A DNA stretch of 61,583 nucleotides, filler included, from Sphacelaria rigidula (lineage: Eukaryota), in the NCBI GenBank assembly GCA_964200075.2. It is 10 parts of 10 records of this genome, joined end to end, with 100 filler letters (N's around TTAATTAATTAA, not from the genome) between each part and the next. Parts side by side here need not be neighbours in the genome. Positions count along the whole stretch, not along the records: positions 1 to 6,069 come from CAXNAA020022448.1; positions 6,170 to 12,238 come from CAXNAA020022449.1; positions 12,339 to 18,407 come from CAXNAA020022450.1; 7 more parts are not named here. One strand, written 5' to 3'. A model generated the notes under the pieces. The model was not told the DNA's origin. It did no database searches and saw nothing but the letters and a program-made list of their open reading frames with translations. The position numbers and the translations under genes are program-made. Shown in pieces: positions 1 to 12,398 of this stretch; the first letter of the stretch is position 1, and every line of letters begins with the position of its first letter.

Positions 1-768
1 ACCGCACTGCACTGCGCTGTATGTATATATGTAGTGCGGTACGCCTCTCCGACTGCAGAAGCAGCTGCCGCTGTATACTCCCTTGCACGTTCTGGGCAGT
101 TTTCCGCCCCGGAAATCAGCCGCCTATATACCGCTTCTTCTTTCCTGCCCACTACATACATGTTTACTGTGTTCTACAAGACATCGGCAGAGTGATAGGC
201 ATACTCATGACGATACCTCCTTCTCTCCTTCCACGGCCCGGCTGACTTTAGTGCCTCGTGAAATGACCACGTTGTAGCTTGTACGCTCTCCCCCGGTATC
301 CCCCCCCCCCCCTCCCCTAATCATGTGTTGCTGTAAAAACCATGTTTTAGTATAAGCTGGCGACTCATAAAAACATACGGGAAATCACGGGAGTGCTATA
401 CTGAATGCAAGTAAAACGAGATATCGTTCCCCGAGCACGCGGGCTTTGCATACCTGGGAAGGCGTTTATCTGGGCCAGGGATAGGGCGGCCCCCAGACGA
501 TCTCGGCAGTGATATAAAATTCAGTAACAATCCCCGCACTGGTCGTTCGGGTCTGGTGGATACATTTCGCCTCGCCGCGATTGGGCAGGTCGCTCCCTCA
601 CTTAATCTCACGTATTTCACCAACACATGGGTCAACCCCGTGTTAGTTGGGGGTCGGTCGTAAAAGGATCAAGAATGTAATATTTGTTTATATCGATTCA
701 TGCCTCATTGGTGCGTCATCGCCAAAGCTACTACATTCGTGATGATTGTTTTCGGTTTGTTACTTCAA

Positions 769-887
769 CCCTTAGACCGCGAGGGTAGTCCATCTGGATT
801 ATGCATAAATATATATATATATATAAATATATTTCCAAGTGGAATTGATGCCGATTCAAAAGATTACCTACTCTCGCTGTCCAAGGG
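769..887. mobile_element. piggyBac-like MITE
   Basis: TCAA|CCCTTAGACCGCGAG ... CTCGCTGTCCAAGGG|TTAA. Same family as 20505-20606, 44646-44794 and 46102-46199. Confidence 0.75.
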
Positions 888-2466
888 TTAAGCATTACCC
901 ACCCCCCGAATATCGGGCAATTTACTACTATCTGTGTTGATCATGCTTTCTCGCCCTGTGGTGAGGTGTAACGCGGTAGCACTGCTGGTGAACGTGCAGG
1001 ATCTGTTCATCTCGTACAAAATGCACTTGACAAAAATGATTTTCACTGCTCCCCTCTGCATGTACGGTCTCACGCCGTGATCCCATCTGACCAGGACGCA
1101 GGCGTACGAAGTGGCAGCGCCGAAACAGGGGGTACTCCCCGTCTGATGCGCGCGGGGTACACCAGGTACAATCGAGGAGTGATGCAGGGTGCTGTGTTTG
1201 AGAAGCAGGCCGTCCGAAGGCTTCCCAGCGAGGCCTGAGTCCTTCCGGCGGGAGATCGGAGCAACATTATTACCGACGATTTACATTGCAATGTCTGTCT
1301 ACCTGACGAATTTCAAGGCCGAGACGTTTGAAGCTCGCGGAGAACAAAATTGGGCGCCTTCTCGAGGCCCACCATCATTTCAAGTACTTTCTGTTTATAC
1401 CACAGGTTCTACGCGAATAGGGTGTTTGTTGTAGGTGTACACGGTATGCCGCCAGGCCCCGGTAGTGTGAACTAAAGTCGTACGACCGGAGCCAGTGAAG
1501 AACGGAAGATCCATGATTCAGAACCCGGCACAGGTATTTGTTCCTCATTTACTGTTCTGAGAAGAATTTCATATCTGTCGTTGACAACGTTCAGAGATGA
1601 GCTAGCACTGAGAGTCTATTTGACGACAACCCACGCCATGCGGGAGTGTTGATGATTATCCAATCCGCGATCCAAAAAATGTAAAGCGTGTGTGTACTGG
1701 ACAAGATGGGCCGATCTTCCGAGAGCATGGACTCGTCCCCAGGAATGGGAGAGGTTGAAAGTGCGACGTGGAAGAACATCGGAAAACCATGGGGGTCATC
1801 ATTGAGCGATATGAATCTCAAACCCCGACGTTTTCGACCGTAAGCGAGGCCTCACTTTGCCACAAGATACCCCTTTTTTACCGGAAGATTCTCCACGACG
1901 GATTTTTTCACCACACAACGATCAGCGGTGTGACCTCCGCAGTTTTATGGGAACACGTCGAGTTTGTGGTGTTTCCTTTGGTTACCCTTGGTTGATTTAC
2001 AATAGCAAACATGCGAACAAGGGACTCGGATTATACTGAATACGGCACTCATCGGGCTTTTTGCCCGCAGTGTGCAGTTGTAGCGCAATGAATAGCTATG
2101 AACAATGACAACGAAAGCTATTCGTTTGCTCCACCACAGTACGATAGGCACTGGTTCGATCGAACGAAACTTTTGACACGCACAAACCTGCGGCTGTGTA
2201 CTTGCAAGGACCCTCGACGACCGTTGGCTCGGCAATCGTTCGAAAGTCGATCGAAAAACATTTGTTCCGTGATGATAGGTGAACGCTCACCGCAAAATCC
2301 TGAAACAAACGCCTTACACCAAATACTAAAAAAAAAACCTCCTCGTAATCCAAACACTGAGTACTACAAGGCGTGTGGCCTAAGGCACGTGCTCAAACAT
2401 AAATCCTTTAACGTGTGCATTCCAAAGTTAGCGCGACTGTAGTGAGAAAAATAAATTATTCAATTA

Positions 2467-2678
2467 TCGACGGGGGGGAGAAAGGACAGCGGAACCATTC
2501 TCTTGAGAAGACATCAACGCAAGAATCGCAAAAGGGAGGAGCAGAATTGATCGGGGGGACAAAAAATGGGACCTTCCTCCTGTGTGACCCCGACTTGTGC
2601 CCCTACATACACCGAAAGATGGCGCCCAGAATATACAAGATGAAAACACAGACGCACACCTACACACATACACACACA
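2467..2678 (+). mobile_element. Degenerate SINE body and tail
   Basis: Contains the core ACCTTCCTCCTGTGTGACCCCG and a CA-rich tail shared with the full copy at 41966-42312. Confidence 0.65.
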
Positions 2679-2854
2679 GTCTGCAAGCACCGCAGACGGA
2701 AAGTAATCGTTTCGTACGTACACATGAAAAAAATACAAAGATAGGATATCGAGAACAAAGACAAGAGGCTGCGAAATTCCTCCTCCTCCCCAGTACATGT
2801 ATACACAGACACACACACACACCATGGGTTTCTGTACTGTGTTCCGACACATAC

Positions 2855-3114
2855 CAGTCGCTCCGGCACCCGAATCCGCACCCCCGTCTCCGGCCGCGGG
2901 CAGGAAATCGTCGGGATCACCGGTTGTGCTGTTCTCGGAGTCCGAGATAGTACCCTCGCTATCACCCCCCCCGCCCGTACCGCTGTAGCCCCTGATGTGC
3001 ACCATGTCACGTCGACGGGAGAGAAGGGAAGGGGGGGTGTACTCATGATTTTGCATGCCATAGTCATACGACCATTGAAGGGAGCGGGGAGGGGGGGGGG
3101 TACTCATGATCAAA

Positions 3115-3168
<54 letters not shown>

Positions 3169-3451
3169 ACCTAGAAAAGGAAGGGGAGATGAAAAAAAGC
3201 ATAGAAAGAATTAAAAAAAACACGGAACATTTACACACGAAAGAAAAAAAAGGAGAAAAAAACAAAAACGAAACACGGGGGAAAAACGACATCCCTGGAT
3301 CAAACGGCGGAGAACTGTGGAAACGTAACTTCACAAGTAGCATAACGAACCTTCCCCTGAGCAAAATACTAGACTCCAGCGCAGCGGCGGCAAGCCTCTC
3401 GTGGTCCTCTTGGCTGAGGAGCTGTTCTTCTTTCTTCGACATATCCCTTCT
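2855..3451 (-). CDS. Two spliced internal exons (3451-3351 and 2991-2855) of an unknown protein
   Basis: Polypyrimidine-CAG acceptor and GT donors (GTTCGT, GTATGT). The phase-2 join gives a continuous frame: RRDMSKKEEQLLSQEDHERLAAAALESSILLRGR-GYSGTGGGGDSEGTISDSENSTTGDPDDFLPAAGDGG. Confidence 0.6.
3116..3164. repeat. (CA)n microsatellite
   Basis: Pure AC dinucleotide run of about 24 units. Confidence 0.95.
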
Positions 3452-4990
3452 CTGCGACACAAGAAAAAAAAAGGGGGGGAAACGCGCACACAAACACGCA
3501 CACCACCCACAGCACCTCATCTCATTCTTCCATACTCATGTCATGTATGGTCCGTCCAGCGTTACTTTCAATTTATATTTTCCGTGATGAAGAATTGAAA
3601 CGTGAAACGAGAATTTTCATGGAGGCTTCGAGGTACGTCGATAGCCGCCGATTTTTCCTCCTTTCCTTGTGGGGGGGGGGGGGGGGGGGGTTTTTTATTT
3701 TTTCTTTCCGGAAAATTTACTTCAAATCGTCTTTGAANNNNNNNNNNGAGGGTCGGGTGCCGACTCTGCTTCTTTTTCTTCTTCCTGGGGGGGTGCGGGG
3801 AGGGGGGGTATTTTAGATCATTCCTTTCACGAAAATTTACCTCAAATCGTCGTTGAAATTTGATTTGATTGATTCATTGTCGCACTTTGACCAACCACCC
3901 GTGGGTCCAGCCGTGGTCGCATGATAGACGTACCCAAGAAAAGCGAAACTGGAACACTCGTTCAAGAAAACGATGTAGCAGAAAAAAGTCGAACATAACG
4001 ACATAGTAGATCAGGATGTGATGAAAACAAAAAATCAACGAAAGCAAAGCACAGAAAGAGATGGCCGATCCAAAAGAAGGAAGAAAAAATGAAAGCAGCA
4101 ACATTTCTTCGATCGCGCTTGTCACCAATGAGACACACATGTTTTGTTATACCACTCAACACCGTGCTCAAACTACTACAAAAGCGCCGGAGTCTTTCTA
4201 GAGTAGGAAAATTGCTTCATTTCCTGGTTTCGCCACGTCCAGAGATAGCCACGGCTTATACACTGCCTCATGGGTGTCTCACCATGCGGAGGGGGGGAGG
4301 GGGGGGGGTATCTTGTGAATGATGAAGGTTAATTCTGGACTGTCGTTCCTTGGACACTGTGGTGAGGTTATCCGCGTACTATCTCTCCTTGCAACACAAG
4401 GAAAATTCATGAACAAATAATCATCACGAGCAAAACAGAGGAATAATGGCAAAACACACACACACAACACAACACAACACAACAGAGGGAGAAAATAGAT
4501 ATTTTATCTATTTCACGTTATCGATTTGTCGAAGATTTACAAAATCACCGGCGTCCTTCACCTCAAAAGCAAAAAAATTGCCGCAAAAAAACAGACACAA
4601 GAGCGGACGGAAGAGGACGCAACGCGTATCGCATTCACGGTCAGTGAAGTAATCATGGGCACGTATATAAAAATCATCCCCGCTCCAAGAGTACCCTGAA
4701 AATGGTGAACTCTGGATGGGGATTCATTTCTCGTTGTTTCAGGTTCAGAGGGTACTCACACGTTGAGAGGAAAGCCTAAATCAGGGGAAACTAACCTCGT
4801 TGTTCACGAAACATTTTTTCTTCGGATAATATAATAAGTGGCGTAGGCTCGGTTGTACTGTACATGAAAACTTGAAAACCTCGGTGCTGCTGAGAAGTAA
4901 AGTTGAGCTCCTCGCCCCTATTGGGTTACCACGATTTTCAATCGCTGCAAGAGGTAACCTTCGGAACTCACTTCTAACTTACATCAAAAG

Positions 4991-5315
4991 TGTGTGTGTG
5001 TTGTCCCATCTATTTTGGACGCCAGTCTGCGCCTTTCGGTACATGTGGGCGCACCATCCGGGGTCACACAGGAGGAAGGTCATGAGAATCACCTTCCTTC
5101 TGCAGTGCTTGCCTTTATTTTTTTGTCGCGAGATGGGTCCAGCAATCCCTTCCCCTCGTCGACCGTTGAGTCAAAGTTTGTGTACCCACGACATGGTCGC
5201 TCTCCGTTGTTGGGCATGGTGTGAGAAAAAATTCCAGATCGCTCCGAGATTCGAACCCACGACCCAACCATCAGAAAGTTTCGTAGTTACCAACTGAGCC
5301 ACTGGGGCGACCGGC
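4991..5315 (-). mobile_element. Full-length tRNA-derived SINE
   Basis: The minus strand reads GCCGGTCGCCCCAGTGGCTCAGTTGG (A box) ... GGTTCGAATCTC (B box), then a conserved body and a GATGGGACAACACACAC tail. Confidence 0.85.
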
Positions 5316-6069
5316 TCTAAAACATTAAAAAAATACAAAAACGAATAAAAAGCAACAAATGATAATCACCAATACGTAATGAGCAAAATATACGAGTAAC
5401 CTGAGAATGACCAATAACTAAAAATCGTGATAAAGAAATGATGGATAAAATAATAATGATAACAACAAAAAATAGTCATCGGGCCTCCCCGCACTGCCAT
5501 CATAATAGAATCTTGCTCAACCAAAAGATCTGTGACATCATGTCTCCAATCTTCGTACACGTTTCGGTGGCCACGCGCGGTCCCCGCAAGGTCGGGGTCC
5601 ACCATTTCCCGTGGTAAAATCCTCCGTACAGCGCACATGGCGAACTCACCTCTGTGGTGAAACCCACGCGCCCTGGTAACGCGAAGTCCTCGCGACTATA
5701 CCCTGGCTCAATTTCGTGGACCTGCACGAGTACGGAAAGATCCGGATCTTCCAGCGTCATTATTTTTTGCGGGTGGACGACATGTATGTGTATGTGTACG
5801 GGCAGGCAATGAGTCGAATGCCGTGATGGATCAAATGGGTAATCCGCGTCGACATTAGTCCGGGGCGGATTTGAATTGATTAGTTCGATCGACGCACATG
5901 AATTGCCCCCCGAGGAGATGCCAGCCGTGATCACAGGAGAGACGCACGCCCCCACGGTAAACAAAACGGCGACAAAAATTGACGAGGGAAGAATACGAAG
6001 AATAAAATACATGACGAATTTGGTAAAACCGAAAAAAAAAAACGAGAGACAGAAGCAAAAAACAGAAAG

Positions 6070-6169
6070 NNNNNNNNNNNNNNNNNNNNNNNNNNNNNNN
6101 NNNNNNNNNNNNNTTAATTAATTAANNNNNNNNNNNNNNNNNNNNNNNNNNNNNNNNNNNNNNNNNNNN
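6070..6169. other. Artificial contig-joining linker (N44 + TTAATTAATTAA six-frame stop + N44)
   Basis: The same 100-bp linker recurs at 12239-12338, 18408-18507, 24576-24675, 30744-30843, 36912-37011, 43080-43179, 49248-49347 and 55416-55515. The contigs between them are 6069, 6069, 6069 and then 6068 bp, i.e. size-sorted. Confidence 0.98.
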
Positions 6170-6667
6170 GGTCCAATTGGTTTCCGGTGATGAGATATTG
6201 CTCTGCCAGGTTAAATCCGTTTCTGGGCTGGCCCAGCTCGTACCTCTGTACCATACATGAGCTAGCCGGCCTATCATACCAATACTTTTATATCGTGTAT
6301 TCTTCCAGTGTCCCCGAAACCCTGACTCATGTACATAATTTTGAGTCAAAAACAGTAGTTATTGGGGCGTTTGCTACATATTTAGAGTAATAATGGCACA
6401 CCTACTCTACGGCACAGTAGGGTCCATCTGGCGCCAAAGGCGCACTTTGTACGGGAGTATAGACGCACCGGCAGCAAACGTGTCGTGTTTGAGGCCATGC
6501 CTTATCGAGACCAAGGAAAGAATAGCAGGGAAAAGAACACATGCGTCCAAAAACAGCACAGAGGATATGACATACAATAGTCCTATATGTTGTGACCTTT
6601 GTATAGCGTGGTGATTGATCGTCGGGCGGGTCGTCAACATGCTGCTGGTTGTCGGCGCTTATTCCTT

Positions 6668-6857
6668 CTACAAGATCTCGCTGTGGTCTCCAGAAGACAC
6701 GGCCTGACTGTAGGTAGGCGGCAACGCAGTTTCATGCGGGTGTGATGAAGCAGATCCATGGACAACGTGTATGAAACGGATCCTAGAATCCGCAGAATTC
6801 GGTGGGCGAATTTGATTGACTACCGCCCGTCGAAGTATTCTCGTAGATTGACCACCG
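6668..6857 (-). CDS. Possible terminal exon with a PPxY motif
   Basis: CACAG acceptor, then an open frame GGQSTRILRR...ETALPPTYSQAVSSGDHSEIL*. No homology recognised. Confidence 0.25.
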
Positions 6858-9329
6858 CTGTGCCAGAACAGGTCGCCGAGTGAGGGAGAAAAACGAACGT
6901 TCCGCGAACGGTCGCGACATGCTGATCGTTTGGAAACACAAAAGCGTCAGAACGCATATGCAACAACAACGCAGCAGCACCCATTTTGATTTGCATGCAC
7001 AGACAGGCTACCTTCCATCCCCTGTTCAACGGTAGGCGACCACATCTATTCAGCGTTCTTCTGTGGTTGCGGCAGAAGTGCTCTACTTCCACAAGATGGG
7101 TATCTGGCATACAAGCATATACAAGGCATATCATCAGAACGTTCCGCCGCGATCGTTACCACGAAGAACGATTCGCCAGCAAAACGCCACCATACATGCT
7201 TGACTCAGTACAGCACCTTATATCATGGACTGTACAGACATACCACAGTGCGAGGATATACGATTTCGTTCACCCCTTGCAGCAGTACACCATCACACCA
7301 CACACATCAACTGCCGCCTGTTTACAGTACCAGTACCTACACACTCTCAGCTCACGCAAGCCAATCTAGCTTACGTGGTAGTACCAGCGACTAGGAGACA
7401 TAAGCGAAACAACCGGAGGAGCAACAGACCCGAGAGAGCGAGCAGCAGACATGGCAATCACAGGATCTACTCCACAGGTTGTCACGGGCCCGCCGCGGCA
7501 AGCTGATCACTACCAACAAGGTCAGAACTGCTGCTGCTGCTGCTGTGTGTGGCATTTGAGACTATCTCTGTGTTGCCTTCAGTTACTGGTAGAGCCAGAC
7601 ACATGCGCGCGGCATCTGATAGTTGTCGCGTACTTGTGTACAGTAGGTGTGTTGCATGCACGGTGGTGTACAGCACGTGAAAATCGACCATCCAGTGTTT
7701 TGTAGGCGAGCAGAAAGTGAATACTTCTGTACCCCGGCACATGTATCGAGCACCACTACACTTCGTTTTCACGGCCACAAAGTATCGTAAAATGCAACAA
7801 TGGCGCACAGTACATCAGTGTTTAGACCTGCTAAACACTGAAAGTCGTGGCCTGCTGACGACTACCGCGGAGTTTCGTGCACCACTACTTCTCAAGTGGC
7901 CATCTACCGCGGAGCTTTTGCCTACTATGCAGATCCCTACCCGCGCCCTTCGAAAAATCACACAGATTTGTTCCCCTTGCCGAACATGCTGTTCTGGACC
8001 TACCGCTCTCCCAAAGAAGAAGTCGATCTCTCCACACGAGCTGTGCCCGCCAAGAATTGCTCTCAGCGGTTGTAGAATTTCCCCTGCTTAACTCTTCTAT
8101 TACAGGAGCTTGAAGGTGATGATTCGACGCGAGATCTCAGATTCTCCATCATCATCAATATGCCGAAAGCAGCGAAAGTTCCCACGAAAAAAAACGACTG
8201 GAAGTCACGTTTCGTGGAGCGGTGTGAAATTTCGGGGGGCAAAGTACAAAATGGCATGAACAGTTTGATTTTAAAACAAAAAGCTCGGCGAACTTTCATC
8301 AAGAATTTTCAACTTGTTGTGTGTAGAAGGTCCTTGTATAAGTTCGACTCAAAAGTCCAATTGGGCACGGCATTCCTCTCTTTTTGTGCGACACCGCTGC
8401 ATCCAGTCGTTCATGTGGCGCAGAGGACTGCGGTCAAGGTGGATGTTCATCATGAGTGCGAACCGCCACAGACACGTTTTTCTTGGCAGAATCTGATTAA
8501 TATTTTGTCGTTAAGATTATATCTTACGCAGTACATTCGATTTTTTTGTTTGTTTACTTGAAGCGTAGGGTGCATCATAGCGCGGGTTGGCGTGCAGTTC
8601 ACAGCGATTCACTTACACCAGGCTTACTCGGGAAACTGAAGACGTTATCGTGTGCCAATAGGATGTGTTTAGTCTACTGGCTGGCCCAGCTCGTGCGAGA
8701 AGCAGAAAATCGGATAAGGCCCATTATCACGGACACTGATTTTTCGGGGACTTCTGAAATTGTCGGGACTACTAGCAAGGCACCTGATTATTCTCGAATG
8801 CTCACGAGCGCAACGAACGGCGTATTCACGGGGCAGCCCTCCGAAGTGCTGCCTTCGGAGGAAAATCAAGCCGCGCTTCATTCTCGGAGAAATGTGAACG
8901 CAGAGTCTGAAAACTCTTGAGAAATTCTGAGATATCTGAAAACAAAAACAGCGTAGGTGATAGTGGGCCTCATCAGGCTAATGGAAACAAATGAAATCTT
9001 TAGATTTGAGTGTTGAGCAAGCTGGCTGCACTCGTCGCCGTGTGATGACAATTCCGGGTGCAAAAAATCAGAGATGCACGAAAAATGGCGTAGGACCCTT
9101 GCGGGTCAAAACCAAAGTCGCCGCTTCTGCATATATACTTGCACATACAGATATGCGTCACGTTGAAATGCCACTGCTTATTGTGTCCCTAGCGCTACAG
9201 CTAACGAAACGTTCATAAAATCCATTAATTGTTCTCGTTTGCCCTAGATTGATCTGCAAAGCTGCTACTACAAATTGTATGCCCAACCAGTTGTAACCTG
9301 AGTCATTGAGCAAACTTGCAACATAAATG

Positions 9330-9480
9330 TCGATCGTGGCTTTCAGATGTCGCGGTATACGTTAGCGCGTCTCTTGCAGTCAAGAGTTAGTTGTGCGATG
9401 GCCAGGCATTGCACCATGTTAGAAAACGATGGGCAATGTTCTGAGAAACCAATTGGCGGGAAGGTTTGAAAAGGTTGTAA
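9330..9480 (-). pseudogene. Possible degenerate hAT-like dimerisation-domain relic
   Basis: PSFSNMVQCLAIAQLTLDCKRRANVYRDI*KPRS loosely resembles the hAT C-terminal FPNL..LA.IAL....TADCERGFS....IK..R motif. Confidence 0.25.
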
Positions 9481-12338
9481 AGTTCCAGAACAGTTCCCCG
9501 ATTTTCGCCTGTTCTTTTCCCTCAAAACATTCAGCAATCGAAAGGTTATCTCATGTTGGCCGATGCACAGAAATACGCCTTTATCCATATTATGTACTCG
9601 TAGGCTCGAGAAAAAAGGGCGAGCCGCACCATCACATACCACCACTCTGTCCATCACCCTGGATCCATGACATGCTACCGTATAAACGCCTAGGCCAGTG
9701 CCAGCAGCTCTATTTTCAAGAAGAGTGGCGCATGGTGTTCAATTCGCCAAGTCGGTCATCCAGAGATCATGTGATAATCAGGCCAGTTTCCACCGGTTTT
9801 GTTGTGTTCGAGGGTTCTTTCTATCGGATGTCGCCGTGACCACGTCGAATGTGCATGAGAGAGACGAGTGACTCAGCGAGTGACGGCGAGACACAACCCG
9901 CCCTTGACACTACCAACGGTACAACGATGAAATGACGATGGTCTTTTTGTCAAAACCAGAAAATAGTTGAAGCCGGTTAGACGTGACACGACGGGTTTTT
10001 GTCATGGTCACCAAGGCTTTGCGCCATGCACTGCAGGAAGTGCACCCCGAGGGAGGTATCAAGATAGCACAACAGGACAGAGATCAAAAATGTAGTGACC
10101 GATTTCCATCCTTTTGTGTTCACCGGCGGTCCGTTCGGACTGCCCAAATTTGCCGGAAAACTAAAATGTTATTCCTGTGCCAAAAATTCGATATATGAAA
10201 TACCATGACAAATTCGACATACCAACCTCAAGACAAGCTGGTTTCTTACGAGAATAACGCCTCACGGGTACTACCACTGCCCTTCGCCGTTGTACTACTG
10301 CCAGTCATGGCCATTTTCATCCCAACGAAAAGCCCTCCGGACGACTCCGTCAGCGCTGACTGAGTGGTCTGTAGGGCGGCTGTTTTTGAAGAAATAAAAA
10401 CTTCGGGGTTCACCGACCAGTAGCTCGTATTGCATGGTATCGGTTCGCTGCTGGTATTGTATCCTTAACTTCATGTGTGTGTCCAGTCATAACTCTGTTC
10501 GCGATCTACCCTCAGTACGCGTTACGTCGTGTTCTCCACCAAATCTCATGCAAATTATTTCAGTAAAGGTTCCACGTGTTTGTTCCACAGTGAGCACTGA
10601 ACATGCCGGGTGTCTCATCACCATGGGTGCGTGTTGTTCGCCCGCTCTCCAAGTTCCACAATATTCGCACTGCGTTCCCGTCTTGTGACGAGCCTGTCGT
10701 TTACCGGTCTCAATAGCGCAGAGCAGACATGATGTCATATACAGAACCGACATTTCCATCCCAATCTTCCTCCCAAGCCAAAACAATTCTTCGTCACCCA
10801 CGCCCAGGAAGATTCGGGGACGAAGAGCGTCGCCTCCTATTTCAGCCACTGGGTGGATGAAATCACTCGCCCACACGAGCGTTCTCGGGGCAGCTATGCA
10901 GACCTCAATTATTCGGCCTATATATGGGCATCTAAGCTTTAGCTTCCCTCAGGAAGTTGGGTACAAATACCCAGCCTGCCCCCCCCCCCCTCTCCCCGTC
11001 CGCGTGGTCTCCCTCGTCTACTCCAGGTCAAACTTCTTACCCGCAAGACGTGAATGGCGCAGTTGTGGGGATCACGGGCGTCCCACCGCAGATAGTCTAC
11101 ACACCCTTGTCTCAGGAGCCAATCATGCACGTTTCGCCGTACGGACCGGCGGCAGACCCTTGGGGAACGGTGCACCTACCCATCGTTCCACAGGGTGTCA
11201 GAGGTGCGGGAGGGGGGGGTTCATGGTGAGGGTCAAGGAAGAGGTGGTGGTGGGAGAGGTGGTCCGAGAAGAACTTCCGTGATTTTGGAGCAGCCTCTCT
11301 ACGGATGAAGGGGGTGGACCCAGTAAGTGGGGACACGCGCTGGACGTACTCTGTCTGTGGGAAGATAACTTGCACCGATCCGTACGTGTAACGCGACTTA
11401 TGATGGTCTCGAGTAGTAAAACAACTGTGAGAGGTGTGTCGACACTCAAGGATCGAGGAAATTGACGTGCCCGATTCCGAGTGCATAGAGCTCAGCGCAG
11501 TATTAGTAGTGAAAATATGTATGACGTAAGGGGTGTAAGTCCGGTGAACTACAGGGCCCCTGCTTGTACAAGAATATCGTATTTTGTTGCCTCCCAAAAA
11601 TCAAATCTGGATTGGGGGATGTTTTGGTGAACACGCACGTTAAAGCAGACTACCCCGAACGCACATGAGTCTATAAAAATATTCTCCGGCAAGAGGGGCG
11701 ACCGAGGAGTAGGAGAGGCGAGAGGGGCGGCAGGGGGTCATTGCTCTCGAAGAAGGTGGTCGGGGTAAGACGGGAATCAGTGCTGCGCGTGGTTTGCAGT
11801 TTGAGTGGGGATCTTAGTGTGGGAAATGTTAAGGGTTTTTCATCATGAATTAACGCACTCGAGAGGACTGTTGAGGTTAGGTATTAAAAACATAGCGAGC
11901 ACCAGGGGAGCGAAGTAAACAGAGCAGTGATACTAGGTCTGTTCGAAGCGGGCGTTATTCCAGAGGATATGGGGTGGCCCGGCGTGTTGTTCTTGTACTG
12001 TTGGTTGCGCCGAAACGTTTGATATACCAAACCCGAAATGGGTGGCGGCACAACACAACCTCGTGTAGTTTGCTGACGTTTGAATCAAGGAATAATCAAT
12101 ATGGTTTATTACACACAACATACAGTATGTGGGGTTACACAGGAAACGTACATTTACCTGCACGGAATACGACGGTATCGAACTGCCGAGTTTACTGGGG
12201 TTGTGGGGTCTGGGGAGGAAGGGAAGGGGGGAAGGGGGNNNNNNNNNNNNNNNNNNNNNNNNNNNNNNNNNNNNNNNNNNNNTTAATTAATTAANNNNNN
12301 NNNNNNNNNNNNNNNNNNNNNNNNNNNNNNNNNNNNNN

Positions 12339-12398
12339 GAACCCACGACCCAACTGTCAGAAGGTTTCGAGGTTACCAACTGAGCCACCGGGGCGACC
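12339..12398 (-). mobile_element. SINE tRNA-like head, cut by the contig edge
   Basis: Reverse complement reads GGTCGCCCCGGTGGCTCAGTTGGTAACCTCGAAACCTTCTGACAGTTGGGTCGTGGGTTC. Confidence 0.8.

Noticed and set aside
2997..3587. 196-aa ORF and overlapping 215-aa ORF
   Set aside because: They are built from (CA)n and A-rich low complexity. Only the short minus-strand exons are supported.
3690..3860. Direct repeat around the 10-N gap
   Set aside because: It flanks a scaffold gap and poly-G runs, so it may be an assembly artefact.
5240..5315. tRNA gene
   Set aside because: A and B boxes are present, but there is no complete acceptor stem and the sequence runs into a dispersed SINE body. The same applies to 12339, 40830 and 41966.
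5500..6012. 170-aa ORF as a gene or retroelement protein
   Set aside because: No recognisable motif, and its start lies in a dispersed repeat and low-complexity sequence.
6114..6125. TTAATTAATTAA as a biological motif (PacI site or piggyBac target)
   Set aside because: It is part of the synthetic linker.
10200..10410. Possible snRNA-like sequence
   Set aside because: I could not match it convincingly to any U snRNA. An Rfam cmscan would be needed.
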